Assembly: GCF_004010195.1 (NCBI RefSeq)
Contig: NC_057756.1
Location: 6,801,910-6,821,909 of the forward strand
From: Chiloscyllium plagiosum
Lineage: Eukaryota
Length of the DNA stretch: 20,000 bases
Reading direction: 5' to 3'
Within the stretch, counting starts at the first letter, position 1. Each line of letters starts with the position of its first letter. The notes beneath the pieces were generated by a model. The model saw only the letters and a list, made by a program, of their open reading frames with translations. It had not been told where the DNA came from and made no database searches. The position numbers and the translations under genes were made by a program. Below are positions 19,544-20,000 of the stretch, in pieces.

Positions 19544-20000
19544 CATAGAACATAGAACATAGAACATAGAAAAATACAGCGCAGTACAGGCCCTTTGGCT
19601 CTCGACGTTGCGCCGATCCAAGCCCACCTAACCTACACTAGCCCACTATCCTCTATATGCCTATCCAATGCCTGTTTAAATGCCCATAAAGAGGGAGAGT
19701 CCACCACTGCTACTGGCAGGGCATTCCATGAACTCACGACTCGCTGAGTAAAGAATCTACCCCTAACATCTGTCCTATACCTACCACCCCTTAATGTAAA
19801 GCTATGCCCCCTCGTAATAGCTGACTCCATACATGGAAAAAGATTCTCACTGTCAACCCTATCTAAACCCCTAATCATCTTGTACACCTCTATCAAGTCA
19901 CCCCTAAACCTTCTTTACTCCAATGAAAACAGCCCCAAGTGCCTAAGCCTTTCCTCATACGATCTTCCTACCATACCAGGAAACATCCTGGTAAACCTCC
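19544..20000 (-). mobile_element. Comparatively young CR1 LINE 3' end with (catagaa)n tail
   Basis: Open frame IEVYKMIRGLDRVDSENLFP..TRGHSFTL..FFTQRVVSSWNALP; perfect 7-bp tail repeats. Confidence 0.93.

Overview
Repeat-dense vertebrate DNA, most likely from an elasmobranch (shark), inferred from HE1-type tRNA-SINEs and CR1/HER1-like LINEs. There is no intact, recognisable protein-coding gene. Most listed ORFs are decayed CR1-clade LINE ORF2 fragments, Penelope-like element (PLE) fragments, SINE antisense frames or reads through N gaps. The window is organised as a local segmental-duplication cluster. Two direct ~5.5-6 kb copies (A ~1620-7111, B ~7910-13872) are accompanied by three partial copies in the opposite orientation (0: 1-1597, C: ~15025-15829, D: ~17880-19543). 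Copy-specific insertions order the duplications; these include an empty TA site for a MITE, a SINE present only in B and a TSD-flanked PLE present only in D. The most notable signals are minimal type I hammerhead-ribozyme motifs in the PLE termini, a duplicated candidate terminal exon encoding a hydrophobic C-tail, a possible short Pol III unit and a 53-bp minisatellite expanding inside a SINE. Two assembly gaps (14206-14600; 15830-16329) limit the structural conclusions. I found no evidence for a novel enzymatic system. All identities were judged by eye.
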